NCBI GenBank assembly: GCA_951406725.2
Contig: OX597820.1
Coordinates: 92,194,001-92,258,000 of the forward strand
DNA: 64,000 nt
From: Octopus vulgaris
Lineage: Eukaryota
Reading direction: 5' to 3'
In this document: piece by piece, positions 13,784-26,698 of the stretch
Position numbering within the stretch: the stretch's first letter is position 1
Layout: each line of letters opens with the position of its first letter
Translations under genes and position numbers: made by a program
Notes under the pieces: model-generated
The model's input: only the letters and a program-made list of their open reading frames with translations
Database searches by the model: none
Told to the model about the DNA's origin: nothing

Positions 13784-13817
13784 TAATAATAATAATGTTA
13801 ATGATAATAATAATAAT

Positions 13818-13859
<42 letters not shown>

Positions 13860-13875
13860 TATAATAATAATAATT
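13653..13875. repeat. (AAT)n microsatellite
   Basis: Seen directly in the sequence. Confidence 0.95.
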
Positions 13876-14011
13876 TAGAGCTTTTAATATGAATATTATT
13901 AAATATCTCTTGTTAGTGGTTTTGTTATACAGAACGTTGTTGATTTATTTGATATTGCTCAACTTTATAATTTCGTTTATTCTTCACTATTGAATACCCT
14001 CAATTTCAAAA

Positions 14012-14115
14012 ATGGTGATGGTAGTGATGGTAGTGGCGGCGGCGGCGACGGTTGTGGTGGTGGTGGTGGTGTGGTTGTGGTGGTGGTGGTATTGGTGGTG
14101 GTGGTGGTGGTGGTG

Positions 14116-14185
<70 letters not shown>

Positions 14186-14200
14186 GTGCTGTTGTTGTTT
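14012..14200. repeat. (GGT)n/(GTA)n microsatellite
   Basis: Seen directly in the sequence. Confidence 0.95.
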
Positions 14201-14762
14201 TATTGCTTGCTATCTTTGAGAGTATTTCATTATAGTCTGTTTTAAACTTTATAGAAAATTGATTAACGCACAGTCAGATATTTTCCTGTGATTTGTTAAG
14301 CTGTTTATTTTTCAAAGTTTAACTGCTTCCTATTGGGTTCCGTCACTTCTAGAAAAGATGTTACAATTTGCTGAAATGCATAATGATGTTGGTTTTAAGA
14401 TTATAACTATTCAAATACATTGCTTGTTCTTGTTGCAATGTGTGGTTGCCTTATACTGATATCACTGCGAACATTTCTAACATCTATCTCTATTGATGAA
14501 ACGTTCGTTTTTATCTATATTTCCAAGCTTTCTGTATTATATACGGTAGGATTGAGACAGAATTGATTACATCTAGGAAGATATATTAACTGCATTTCAC
14601 TGCTTACTTTTATATGCTGCGCAGCTGCAATTTCTCAAGGTCAATTATATTAATCGAAATTTTGAAATAATTAATGGTCACCCTATAAATGTGCAGTTCT
14701 TTGTTTTTTTAGCTTTAAGTATAAATTATTTTTTAATCAACAATATGTTCAAAGTTGTGACC

Positions 14763-15095
14763 AGGAGCATGGCTCAGTGGTTAGAGCACCGGGCCCACAA
14801 TTACGAGGTAGTAAGTTCGATTCCTGGCACGTGATGTGTGCTATGTTCTTGATCAAGACACTATTTAACTTTGTTCCAGTTCTTTCAACTGTAGAAATGA
14901 GCTGCGACGTCACTGGTGCCAAGCTATATCGGCCATCGCCTTTCTCTTGGATAACATCGGCTGTGTAGAGAGGGGAGGCTGGCATGCATGGGTGACTGCT
15001 GCCTGCCATAAACAACCTTACCCGCACTTGTGCCTTGGAAGATAGCTTTCTAGATGCAATTCCATGGTAATTTATGACCGAAGGGGGTCTTTACC
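14763..15095 (+). mobile_element. tRNA-derived SINE family C
   Basis: A box TGGCTCAGTGG and B box AGTTCGATTCC, followed by a GTTCTTGATCAAGACAC core. Confidence 0.8.
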
Positions 15096-15134
15096 TTATG
15101 GTAATCAAAATATCAAAATATCACATGTAATATC

Positions 15135-15340
15135 GATTCTACTATAGGCATCAAGCCTTAAATTATGGGGCTACCCGATTTCATCGACCTCAGTATTCAA
15201 CTGGTACTTATTTTATCGACCCTGAAAGGAGGAAAGGCAAAGTCGACCTCGGTGGCTTTTGATCTCATGCTGTAAAGACGAGTGAAATGCCGCAAAGCAT
15301 TTTGCCTAGCATGCTAACGATTGTGCCAGTCGCCACCTTC
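15135..15340 (-). mobile_element. SINE family A
   Basis: CTGGTACTTATTTTATCGACCC...AAGTCGACCTCGG core. Confidence 0.9.
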
Positions 15341-15401
15341 ACATCTATCGCTCTCTCTGTAACCTATTGATCTATCTATCCATTTACTAATGAATATATA
15401 T

Positions 15402-15790
15402 AGACGCAGGAGTGGCTCTGTGGTAAGAAGCTTGCTTCCCAAACGCATGACTCCAGGTTCAGTCCAACTGCATGACACCTTGGGTAAGTGTCTTCTACTA
15501 TAGCCTCGGGCCAACCAAAGACTTGTGAGTGGATTTGGTAGACAGAAACTGAAAGAAGCTTGTCGTGTGTATATGTGTGCGTGTTTGTGTTTGTGTGTCT
15601 GTGTTTGTCCTGCCACCATCGCTTGACAAGCGATGTTGGTGTTCTTACGTTCCATTAGCATAGCGGTTCGGCAAAAAGACCTATAGAATAAGTACTAGGC
15701 TCACAAAAAATAAGCCTTGCGATCAATTTGTTCGACTAAAGGAGGTGCTCCAGCATGACTGCAGTCCGATGACTGAAATAGATAAAAGAA
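15402..15790 (+). mobile_element. SINE family B, near full length
   Basis: Head, CORE-like block and tail are all present. Confidence 0.9.
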
Positions 15791-15999
15791 AAAAAATTAT
15801 AAGTGTATATATGTAGTTATGCATATATGATTATGTATAGATATGTATATTTATAAATATTTATGTATATATGTCTCTCTATATATATACACACATATAC
15901 ATATATACTTAGACACTCATACGCCTAAATATACACAATACACATGCACACTATAGGGCCACACTGAAACACACGTTCACAGACTACTCGAACAAGCAA

Positions 16000-16950
16000 A
16001 TGCACATACACACACATATACACGTCCATACCCAGGCAAAATAAACTAAAAGCACATCACTCCACACGACTCACTTACGTGGTTACTTATATACATACAC
16101 ACACGATCATATACGTACACATAAGCCCATGCACACGCACACACATACAAATACGATAGTCTCACACGCACACTATACACACCCTCAACACACGTTCATA
16201 CGCACGCATACACAAATACACGAAGCACGCATCACTCCACAAAATGCACGCACTAGGGTACTTATACACATACACACGCCCAATATGCAAACACAAGCCC
16301 ACATAATCTTAAGCTCACCCACACATAAATTCACACGCGCATGTTCCTATTCACACACATACGCTAATATGCACACGCGCGCTTGCAAACCCTAGTTCAA
16401 CCGTATCACCGTTCTGATCGCCCCTTCACTCAGCCTTCCTTCTGATCATTTCATCATGTTGAACATTTAACCCCTACACATTTTTCTCACACCGTTGTTT
16501 TTCGTTCTCTCTCCATTTCCCCCCTCTTAATCGTTTGTGTCCACATACACGCACACGCGCACACACACACACTCACACATACACATAAACACAGGAAACG
16601 CACATCACTCCAAAAAATTACCCACACATGCATTCACATGCGCTCGACCCCATTCACACATACACACGTCCTTGCGCACAAAAGTTCAGCAAGATCACCG
16701 TTATTATCCCCCTTTCACTGCTTCTTTCTTTCAGTTATTGCATCGTGTTGAACCGAACCGTTAATTTCTACACATTTTTTGCCCTTTACTCTGTTCATCC
16801 TTCTCTCTCCATTTTTCCTCTGAATCTTTTCTGTTGAAGAGCGTGGGGACGAAACAGTAAATACTTTTCCATTCTTCCCGAACGTCAAACAAACCTGCTT
16901 ATTGTTCCCTTGCCTGTCTTCGTTTTTTGCTTCCTGTAAATTCAAACACT
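16000..16950 (+). mobile_element. Probable Penelope-like terminal-repeat region with a diverged ~290-bp tandem duplication and a degenerate hammerhead
   Basis: 16405-16520 resembles 16694-16820. TTGAAGA-GCGTGGGGAC-GAAACAGTA at about 16834-16859. The 3' tail is similar to 1745-1850. Confidence 0.45.
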
Positions 16951-17539
16951 ACATATATAAATATAGTATAATATAGTATTAAAATAAGTCTTTGCAGACC
17001 ATGTTTGGAATTATCCGTATAATTAATAGCAGAGTGTGTAAAACAGAAATGAAATGAAATCCAGGTTTAATCATATATCAACGAAGTGGTTCTTTATATT
17101 ATAATGAGAAATTGAAAGAGGGAGAGATAATGCCCCTTTGTCAGCAGAAGCAATACAGTGGTGTGGGAGACGTAGCCTTCCTCATGAGGGGAAAACTTAT
17201 TTACACTTATTTACAATCCAAAAATGGCATACCTTCAGAAGTAGCCCTCACCTAACTGTATTTCTTCATAACATATACAGAAAGGGATGTATATTAATGG
17301 AATATTTATACTCGTGGCTTCTTTTAAATGCAATATTTATGTGAACATTTTCCTAAATGTTTTTCTAACGCGATCATCTCTACATAGTTGTTAGTGGCTT
17401 AACAATTATGGGTGAAGTCCAATTTTGGAAGTATTTTTCAACTTTGTCTCCTTTTAGAATGTAAAAATAACTTATTTTGTGCACGAACACACACACACAC
17501 ACACTCCTCACACATACACAATGTAAGTGAAACTTCTAT

Positions 17540-18420
17540 TTGAATTATGCTGCTGCTGTGTGCACACACAAAATTACGGCTCAACTCCAATGGAAATGAC
17601 CTATTTTTATTTGCAATTTGTGTCTATGTTGAGCGTATTGAAAAACCTGATCTTCGAGATAAACTTAGAGGTAATTCGTTTTCAGAAATCGTGTCGTGCA
17701 CCTGTTGTTTCTACCATGTGGGAGGTGATTTTCCACTCCAACGTTTTTTTATTCAGAATTTGTTTAGATTCTTATGTTTTCTATATAGGAGATTACGATT
17801 TTACCGAAAAATCACGCTTTCAAAATAGTAAATTTACCCCCTCTCCAAGTTTGAACTTTTGGAGGATATTTAATTATTTTATTTTTCTTGTAATCGACGT
17901 AGAGAAATACAGAGATTAAGAATCTGTAAGGAAAAAATTTTTTTTATGAAATAAACACAGTTATCGATTCCAAACATCCAATCGCTCATCACCTCTTCGC
18001 TTTCAAAAAGGTAAAAACTGAATGTTTTAGCGTTTTAGAAAGCGGGGACCATTCTTCAGAAATAATGTCATGTAGGTGTTTTTTGTAGCATGTCATGTTT
18101 TGTAGTGGTGGTTTGATATTTTTAACGTGTGTCATTTTATTAGAATTCTACGCATGCGTGGAACATCCGAAGAAGGAGAAACATTAGAAGCAAATCAAAA
18201 CGTTGCCCAAAAATGACCGCAAAATTGTGCCACCCGACCTAGATTTCGAAGTTATTTTAATAGTAAAAATGTGTTGTGTCAAAAACATACTTTATCTGGT
18301 AGCCGAAAGATTACTGAACCATTTGATACCTCATACGTTAAAATCGGTAACTCAGTTTTCGAATGTATAAGTAACATACACAGGCATACGGACACGCACA
18401 CACACACACACACATATATA
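17540..18420 (-). mobile_element. Possible Helitron/Helentron-like non-autonomous repeat
   Basis: Ends in AAAATCGGTAACTCAGTTTTCGAATGTATAAGTAACATACACAGGCATACGGAC, which is DINE-1-like architecture. Boundaries are approximate. Confidence 0.35.
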
Positions 18421-18575
18421 TATGTTTGAAGTATATTTGCCCCTACAAGCTACAGTAGCATCCACCCTTAAGGGTTTGCCACACTTAAGTAGCGAATAAA
18501 CTTCACGATGTCAGGCAGCTGCTGTTTATACCTCGCTCAGAGATTTATTATTGCTTATATATATGTGCATACATG

Positions 18576-18610
<35 letters not shown>

Positions 18611-18622
18611 GAATGTATGTAT

Positions 18623-19220
18623 ATCTATATAAAACAAAAACTCTGTGCTTGCTTGCGTGCTTGTCTGTAATTTAATACAGCGAAACCAGCGAATAATGGA
18701 AAAATACTCTGAAAGTAAGGCAACCCCGAAATGTGAGTACAAATGTGAATAAAACATGTTTCGCGTAAATCGAATCATCGATTCACGAGATATCCACATT
18801 TTCCCCTTTTCTGTGTGGGGTACATTCATAAATAGCCAAAACGAAAGTAACATAACTCCGAAAGTAACATAACCCTGAAATGGGAATATATAACATTGTG
18901 AAAATTGCTTCCATTAATTTTATGTTTACGCTATATAACAATTCCTTTTGTATTTTTGTAGAAGTGTGTACATATGCCGTAGATAAATGATGTTACTGGA
19001 GTCAAGTTCATCCCGGAATTTCTATTTTTATTAGATGTTGTAAATAATCCATAAAACCTTAAACAGGAAATTCTAAACTTGACCTAGGATGACACGATCG
19101 AATTGAAATATTTCACTGAGTCATCATAAAATTACCTTTCATTTCCATGCAATGTTGAAATCAGCTTCAAAGTTCGATAACCCGGACTGTCAGTGACCCA
19201 ATGGGTCACGGGTAATCTCT
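18623..19220 (+). mobile_element. Helitron-like non-autonomous element
   Basis: 5' TCTATATAAAA followed by (GCTT)n. Subterminal palindrome GTGACCCA-A-TGGGTCAC at 19193-19209. Confidence 0.45.
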
Positions 19221-19424
19221 CTCTCTCTACATATATATAGTCATATTCCGTTAGAAACATGGTAGAGTGCAGTATAAAGCTCGCTCACCTTCAGAATTAC
19301 CCAGTACTATCGGTAGTATTACTATATACTTCGAAGTTTGAGTGTGGGCATTCGTCGTGTGTGAATGTGCAATTGAAAAAATCGAATCAAGAAGAAGGAG
19401 CACGGTTGGACATTTATTTATTAT

Positions 19425-19528
19425 TCGCTACAATTGTTTCGACACAACGTAATTCTCCAAGAATACAGGTATTTGATTATGCAACTGTTTGTTTGCATAA
19501 TGAGATCTAGACGTGTTTCCTCAGGCGA
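19425..19528 (-). ncRNA. Type I hammerhead ribozyme with extended stem II (Penelope-type)
   Basis: TCGC-CTGAGGA-AACAC...GTGTC-GAAA-CAATTG-TA-GCGA, followed by AATAAA. Confidence 0.75.
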
Positions 19529-20659
19529 TATGTGAGTGTTGTCACTGCTAAATCGTCAAATTCAAGGCCATCTACTCTGTTCGTCGCGGTTGGAATTTAG
19601 TAGCGGCTCATACACCGATAATGTTTGCTGCTAGAGTGCGCTTCTCGGACAAGCGTGCTCTAGAAAACTGATAGATAAAGGTAAGCAAACTTATATTGAA
19701 TATAACACATTCCACAATAATGTGACGTATACATATTGATATCTGTTGTAAGGGTCTCTTGCCTGCTGCAAGTGCAACTATGAAACAGGAATCGAAAAAA
19801 ATAATAAAGAGAATTTCCTTGAATCGAACAAATTAATAGAGAGAATTTCGCCCAGTCTTTCTTCGGGGAACATCTGAAAGTAGTGAAATTAAAGCCACAT
19901 AGAAGACGAATTTATCATATCTAATTTAGAAAATTTTGCGATGTAAGACTCTGGAATCTCTCTTTAATTTCACTCCTGTCGAAGAATAATTTTATCTGAA
20001 GTATAAAATTTTACATTCACCACGGCATGATGTATACTCTTTTTTTGATTTTGCAAAATAATAAAAGTCTTGCCAACGCAGACAAACACCAGCCTATTTG
20101 CTTTGCTATTCGATGTGTGACTTAACAAATTGAATAGCATTACGGCAATATATTGGACTGCATGTTCTTCAATTTATGTAGTATCTATGACTATGGTCAT
20201 GCTGGAGCTTTGTTTTTTTTATATATTCGTTAAGAACAATAATATTATGAAGCGCTTTGTTTTACGAAACTAAATGAGCATATATTCAACACAATAAAGT
20301 GATACAACAGTGCGAAACTCAAAATGTTGGCTTTGTGTTAAATAATTCAACGGGCATTTTAGATAAACTCACTCGTTTAGTGTCAAATTTTAGAGAGTAA
20401 ATGTCATATGGAACATGCATATAAGGAACTACTGCAATTCATACTGTTGTGATGAATCTCAACCTCTTATGACTATTATTGATCCCGTGATGTGCAGCAT
20501 AATTAGCGGACTTCAATTGTCGGTTAAAAGGATTGTACACTCGAATGAGAAGTTTATTTAGGTGAGAATTAACATTCATCATTTAAATTGCTTCCGAAAA
20601 GTAACATAGAAATGGTATACAAGTTATTATTATTACCGTACAATATATATTTATATGTA

Positions 20660-21491
20660 CGCGGACTGATCAATTAGCATCAGGACTGTTGCCATAGTAA
20701 CAAAGCTAAAGCCCACAGAGTAAAGCCGCTTAGCACAGATTGATCTTCACCTCTGCTGTACATGTGTACTAAGTTTTAACGTTCTATGTTGCTTCCGCTG
20801 TTTACAGCAGTGCTTGAAAATAACGTGTATATTGTGTGTTCGTCGCATTGACCATGACAGAGAAAGTTGAGAAGACCATTTGCATCAAACTTTGCCAAAT
20901 GCTTAGCGATACCTGCTCAGAGACCTATGCAAAGTTTTCAAAACGTTTTCATCGTTCCCGACACAAAGAGATCTTGTGTAACTGAAACACGAGTGTCCTT
21001 TTGGTCAGCTAAAACCAGTTTGGGCACAAACTTGGCAGACACGCGTCTCATACACAAATCTTCAGTGATAATGGACTGAACTGACCCGTAAATAATCTGT
21101 ACATCATCTGATAACTCACGGATGGTGATTCGACGATTTCCCGTCACAGCTACACGCATATCTGCGATACGTTTCTCAGTTTTGCTGGTTGCGGGTCTCC
21201 CAGAATGTTCGTCACTATTGACATTTTTTGGTTAACTTCGAAACGTCTAAACCACTCGTACAATTGTGTGCGGCTCATACACTTCTCTCCATACGCTGTG
21301 AAATTTTGCGTAGGCGCCTCTGAGCAGGTATCGCCATCAAAACTTTCTCTGTCATGATCACACGTTACAAAGCTTACTCCCAAGCACCGCTGTAAACAAC
21401 GAAAGTGAGCCAGAACGTTATAGCTTTGTGTGCAGGCACAACAAAGTTCAAGATCAATCTGTGCCAAGCGGCACATGTTGATCAGACCTCG
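20660..21491. mobile_element. Fold-back mariner derivative made of two 5' halves
   Basis: TA-flanked TIRs CGCGGACTGATCAA and TTGATCAGACCTCG. The transposase N-terminus appears on + (MTEKVE..ICIKLCQ) and on - (YGEKCMSRTQLYEWFRRF; RRITIRELS..VSAKFVPKL). Confidence 0.85.
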
Positions 21492-22699
21492 TATATTTTA
21501 AAATAACCGCCGCATTATATGCTAGTGATGTATTACTTTCTAATCCCATGTACACAGCAATGCGCTCACATATACATATACCTATATAAAAATATGTGTG
21601 TGAGACTATCTATGTGTATACATAAATATATATACATGTATGTGTGTGTGTGTGAGCGTGTCTGTGTGTGAGCGTGTCTCTGTGTGTGTGTTTGTAACTA
21701 TGTATACATACATGGGCTTTGAAGGAAAACAAGAATTTATTGAAATAAGTTGTACCTTAGTGAAGTATTAGTCGGTTAATAAAAGTGTCTCTGCATATAA
21801 TGTTCTAAGAATTCTGCTCCGTTATGATTAACATCTTCAATGGTTAATAGGAGAACGAATTACTTTGAACAATATTTATCAATAACACTAGACATTCTAT
21901 ATACATGATCCATAGTTTGTTATGTACACGTTATTTGAGTGAATCAAGAAATAATGAAACTGCCAAAAGAGGAAATATTTCATATAAATTTAGGGCATAG
22001 TCCCCATTTACAATAAAAATAATCTCTTAATGAGATCTCGGGTCCTTTTATGCTCACTAAAAATTCTGAAATATTCCATGAGGTTTTTGGGAGCCAAACT
22101 TTGATTTGTCAACCCCTATCAAAATGTGACGCCAAATATATCTGGATGAAAATGTCAGTAGGCATTGTAAGAAAATTTTCTCTAGCCCATAATACGAAAT
22201 ATGTTAACAGTATTCACCAGCGGTTTTATTTTCAAAAGTAAGTATTTCAGATTTGAATCAGAGTAAGGATATCTACTTCGACTACTTCCATGTAGACGCC
22301 TTCAATGTTTCATCTAGTATCACTTGTTAATCATTGTTGGTATGAATATGTAAGCTCACAAAAAAGACTGTGGTAGAATTCAATTTTTGTTACTTAGTAT
22401 GCATTCAACTTGTGTTAAGCAAAATCAATACTTTGTGCATAACACAAGAGGCAAAACATAATATAAATTACAAAATGCAAGTCAATAACCTATAGAGTAG
22501 AATAACAACGTGGTTTCCATTGAATAAGGATGTTATATTGAATATTTGAGCCGTCACGTTAAGCTAATTTTATATTACCCTGGCAATAGGTCGATAGGTC
22601 AAAGCAAAGCTATAACTTGGGTAGTATAGCTTTACCCTGGTATTTCAATAAAAGTTTTAGTAAGTGTGGTGAATTTTGTGCCAGGGTTTATTTTGAGGT

Positions 22700-23525
22700 T
22701 ATATAATTTTAGTCGTATATGAGTTTTGTGAGTAATTATGCAACATAATAGTTGTCTTCAATAAAACTTTTGGTAAATAGCAATCTTGTGCAGGATTTTT
22801 CTGTATGTAGTTGTTAAGACGAGTGCATCGAGTCGAGAAGGGACGTAGTAATACGCTAGGCAATATCTCTGAATGAAGCAGCACATTGTGTGTATCTTTC
22901 ATATATATGCTCCAGTGATTCGAATGTCGGTTATCATTACGCCTTATGAATGATGGTAGCACCGTATCCCAGTTCTTTCTGAAGACGCTTGTTCGCGTAG
23001 AAGGTATTTTCTGGAGTATCTTCAGTTACATAATCATTATGGATTCTAACTTGGGTTATGTTTTTCTTGTTATGGTTGAAGTCTTCTGAGCTTATGTTTT
23101 TCCTATTGTTGTTGATGTTTTGTGAGCCAGTGCTTCTGTTAAATATTTCAGATATTCATGCAAATTCGGATGGCAAGTGTGCATTACTATGTGAATGCCT
23201 CTAGCTAGATTTCTTGCTGTGATCAAGCTATATGGGAAATAGAACGACATGCTTTTTCTACGCCAACATCTTTTGCTGTTAGTTGGAGTGGCTTGTATAA
23301 AGATAACGTTATCGGAGAAATTAGACCTAACTAGGACATTGTTCTAGTACGGGGAAGCTCATTTGAATATTGCTTCATCAGGATATATATGGTAGATACG
23401 ACTATTAATGCTATTTGTATATGGTTGATAATTGATGGTGGATGTTAATGTGTGTGATCTGGACTTCCATTAATGTAGTAATTTATTTTCGTTTGGTTAA
23501 TGGAGAAGGATGATATTTACCTGTG
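22700..23525 (-). mobile_element. Degraded Penelope-like element, probably Naiad-like
   Basis: Remnants HPPSIINHI, DEAIFK.ASPY, RRK..FYFPYS, IFNRST and a CN*R zinc-linker motif. Confidence 0.65.
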
Positions 23526-23534
23526 GCAATATAT

Positions 23535-23782
23535 GTTAATATATACATATGTATTTGTTTATTGCCCACAGGAGGCTAAACAGAGGGACAAACAAGGACA
23601 GGCAAAGGGTTTAAGTCGATTACATCGACACCAGTGCGTAAGCAGTAATTATTTAATCAAACCCGAAAGGACGAAAAGCAGAGTCGACCTCGGTGGAATT
23701 TCAACACAGAACGTAACGGCAGACAAAATACTGCTAAGCATTTCCTCCGTCGTGCTACCCATTCTGCCAGCTCGCCGCCCTT
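23535..23782 (-). mobile_element. SINE family A
   Basis: Full head, core and tail. Confidence 0.9.
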
Positions 23783-23813
23783 AATATATATATATATATA
23801 TATATATATTGCA

Positions 23814-24203
23814 AGGCGGCGAGCAGAAACGTTAGCACGTCGGGCGAACTGCGTAGCCGCATTTCGTCTGCCGTTACGTTCTGAGTTCAAATTCCGCCGA
23901 GGCCAACTTTGCCTTTCATTTTTTGGGGTCGATTAAATAAGTACCAGTTACGCACTGGAGTCGATATAATTGACTTAATCCGTTTGTCTGTCCTAGTTTG
24001 TCCTCTCTGTGTTTAGTCCCTTGTGGGTAGTAAAGAAATAGGTATTTCGTCTGCCGCTACGTTCTGAGTTCAAATTCCGCCGAGGTCGACTTTGCTTTCA
24101 TCCTTTCGGTGTCCATAAATTAAGTACGCGTTGCGTACTGGGGTTGATGTAATCGACTGGCGTCTTCCTACAAGATTTTGGGTCTGGTGCCTAGAGTAGA
24201 AGA

Positions 24204-24205
<2 letters not shown>
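23814..24205 (+). mobile_element. SINE family A, dimeric
   Basis: Two cores with two different tails. TSD ATATATATTGCAA on both sides. Confidence 0.9.
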
Positions 24206-24255
<50 letters not shown>

Positions 24256-24574
24256 CAATGTATATGTTAATATCTATGTAAGTCATTATTTTGAGGCTCA
24301 CACACACACAGGTACGCATCATGGACGCACAATTACATAGGTATGTGTGTATACATAGTTATGTCTATTGATATAGTGATTCTGAGTGAGAGAAGATAAC
24401 ATACATAAGTATTTGTGTATGCTTCACTAGAATTCAATTTTGAATTTTTTTATATCACGACATTTGAATCAAACTTATATTAAATTTGATAGATATATCG
24501 TGATTTGATATAAGATATTGAAAATTACATTCTAGTGATTCTGCTTTAAAGAAACGTAACTTGCTTCCCCTCTT

Positions 24575-24928
24575 TTTTTTTTGCGTTTAAGCTATGTAAT
24601 ACTGGCACTCCGTCGGTTACGACGACGAGGGTTCCAGTTGATCCGATCAATGGATCAGCCTGCTCGTGAAATTTACATATAAGTGGCTGAGCATTCCACA
24701 GGCACGCAAACCCTTTTACATAGTTCACAAGGAGATTCAGCGTGACATGAGGTGTGACAAGGCTGGGCCCTTTTAAATGCAGGTACGACTGATTGTTGCC
24801 AACTGCGATGACTGGAGCAGCTTGAAAAAAAGTATCTGGCTGAAGGATAAAACGCGCGGGCGAGAATCGAACTCACGACCATACGATCGGGAGCAGAATA
24901 CTTTGACCATGAAGTCAGGCGCCTTCAC
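24575..24928 (-). mobile_element. SINE family C variant
   Basis: tRNA-like head (GAATCGAACTCACGACC on +). Related to 54707-54975. Confidence 0.75.
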
Positions 24929-25021
24929 TAAATCTACGAACACAGTGCATTACTAGAAGCGCACGTGCAGACGTATTTGTGTGTCTCTGCCTTTCAGATG
25001 TCTCTCAAGGTTTAATTATAT

Positions 25022-25250
25022 ATTTCTTTATTACCCACAAGGGGCTAAACACAGAGGGGACAAACAAGGACAGACAAACGGATTAAGTCGATTATATCGA
25101 CCCCAGTGCGTAACTGGTACTTAATTTATCGAACCTGAAAGGATGAAAGGCAAAGTCGACCTCGGTGGAATTCGAACTCACAACGTAACCGCAGACGAAA
25201 TACGGCTACGAATTTCGCCTGGCGTGCTAATGTTTCTGCCAGCTCGCCGC
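25022..25250 (-). mobile_element. SINE family A, full length
   Basis: TSD TCAA(G/A)GTTTAATTATA on both sides. Confidence 0.92.
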
Positions 25251-25479
25251 ATATTCAAAGTTTAATTATAGTATGTATGTATGTATATGTGTATGCAAGC
25301 GCGAATGCATGAATGTAGATGCATTCGTGCTTGTGTTATTTCTGATGGCCTCGCTTTCTAAGTGTTGTAGTATGCTTTCGCGCTTCTCCTTGTGCTTATG
25401 TGTCTCTGCATTTTGACATGCACCTCTCTTAATGTCTAAGTTACGTATGTATGTATGGCTGCATCAAATGGATCAAAAG

Positions 25480-25722
25480 CTCTTCTCGAGTCAAAGGCCC
25501 ACCCAGGCGGTTTCGCAGATTCTGTGACATATATTTCTTTCGTGGATGACACACCTTTCAGTTGCAGGATTATTTATTTATTTTTTAACAGCTGGCTGGA
25601 CCGTTGTAGCATGAAATGAAGTGCTTTCTGCAAGAAGACAAGGCGTTGCATGGTCCAAGAATCGAAACCACAATTTTGCGATCAAGAATAAAACACCCTA
25701 ACTTATAAGCTACGCGCCTCCA
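25480..25722 (-). mobile_element. Old tRNA-derived SINE
   Basis: GAATCGAAACC B-box complement and ATGAAGTGCTTTCTGCAAGAAGACA core. Confidence 0.6.
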
Positions 25723-26315
25723 CGTAAAGTTTAAACCTATATATGTTTACGTGTGCGTGAGTGTGTGTGTATGGATGCGTGTCTATGTAAGTAAGTATGC
25801 ATGTGAATGTGCGTATTTTCGTGTGTGTTTGTACACGTCCATATATTGCCAATGCACTCTGTGTTATTTAGAAAATAACAACTTGTTTCTAGATTGCGGT
25901 TATAAAAGGGCAAAGTTGCTTTCTGCTTGGGGCTTGTTAATGTATGATTCCCTTGGAATATTTTCATGCGCTATAGCTCCCACCTCTAAGTCATAGGTCG
26001 AAGCATTGTATGCTCACAGTACGCCGCTTTATCTAAAATAAATGAACACTTGCACGTAAACTGGAATTTTTATCAGTATTTTAGTATTCCTCGATTTCAT
26101 TTTGCACCCAATTTAGCGTAAGCCCAGCGGTAAATACTGTCATTATCATTTAACTAGTTTTGGCAGTGCGGTAAGAAGCTTGCTTCCCAGCCACATGGTT
26201 CAGGCTTTAGTCCCACTGCGTGACACCTTGAGCAAGTGTCTACTATTTTAGTCTTGGCCCAGCCAAAGCCTTGTGACTTGATCTGGTTGACGGAAACTGA
26301 AAGAAGCTCATTGTG

Positions 26316-26412
<97 letters not shown>

Positions 26413-26439
26413 ATGTGTATATTTATATATATATAAGTA

Positions 26440-26478
<39 letters not shown>

Positions 26479-26502
26479 TGTTGTATATATATATATGTAT
26501 AT

Positions 26503-26537
<35 letters not shown>

Positions 26538-26612
26538 AATATACTTATATATATATATTTATATAAAAATATACTTATATATATGTATATATATATATAT
26601 ATAAATATACAT

Positions 26613-26694
<82 letters not shown>

Positions 26695-26698
<4 letters not shown>

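Noticed and set aside
14763-14830. tRNA gene (also 32678-32745 and other heads)
   Set aside because: A and B boxes run straight into repeat bodies and there is no complete acceptor stem.
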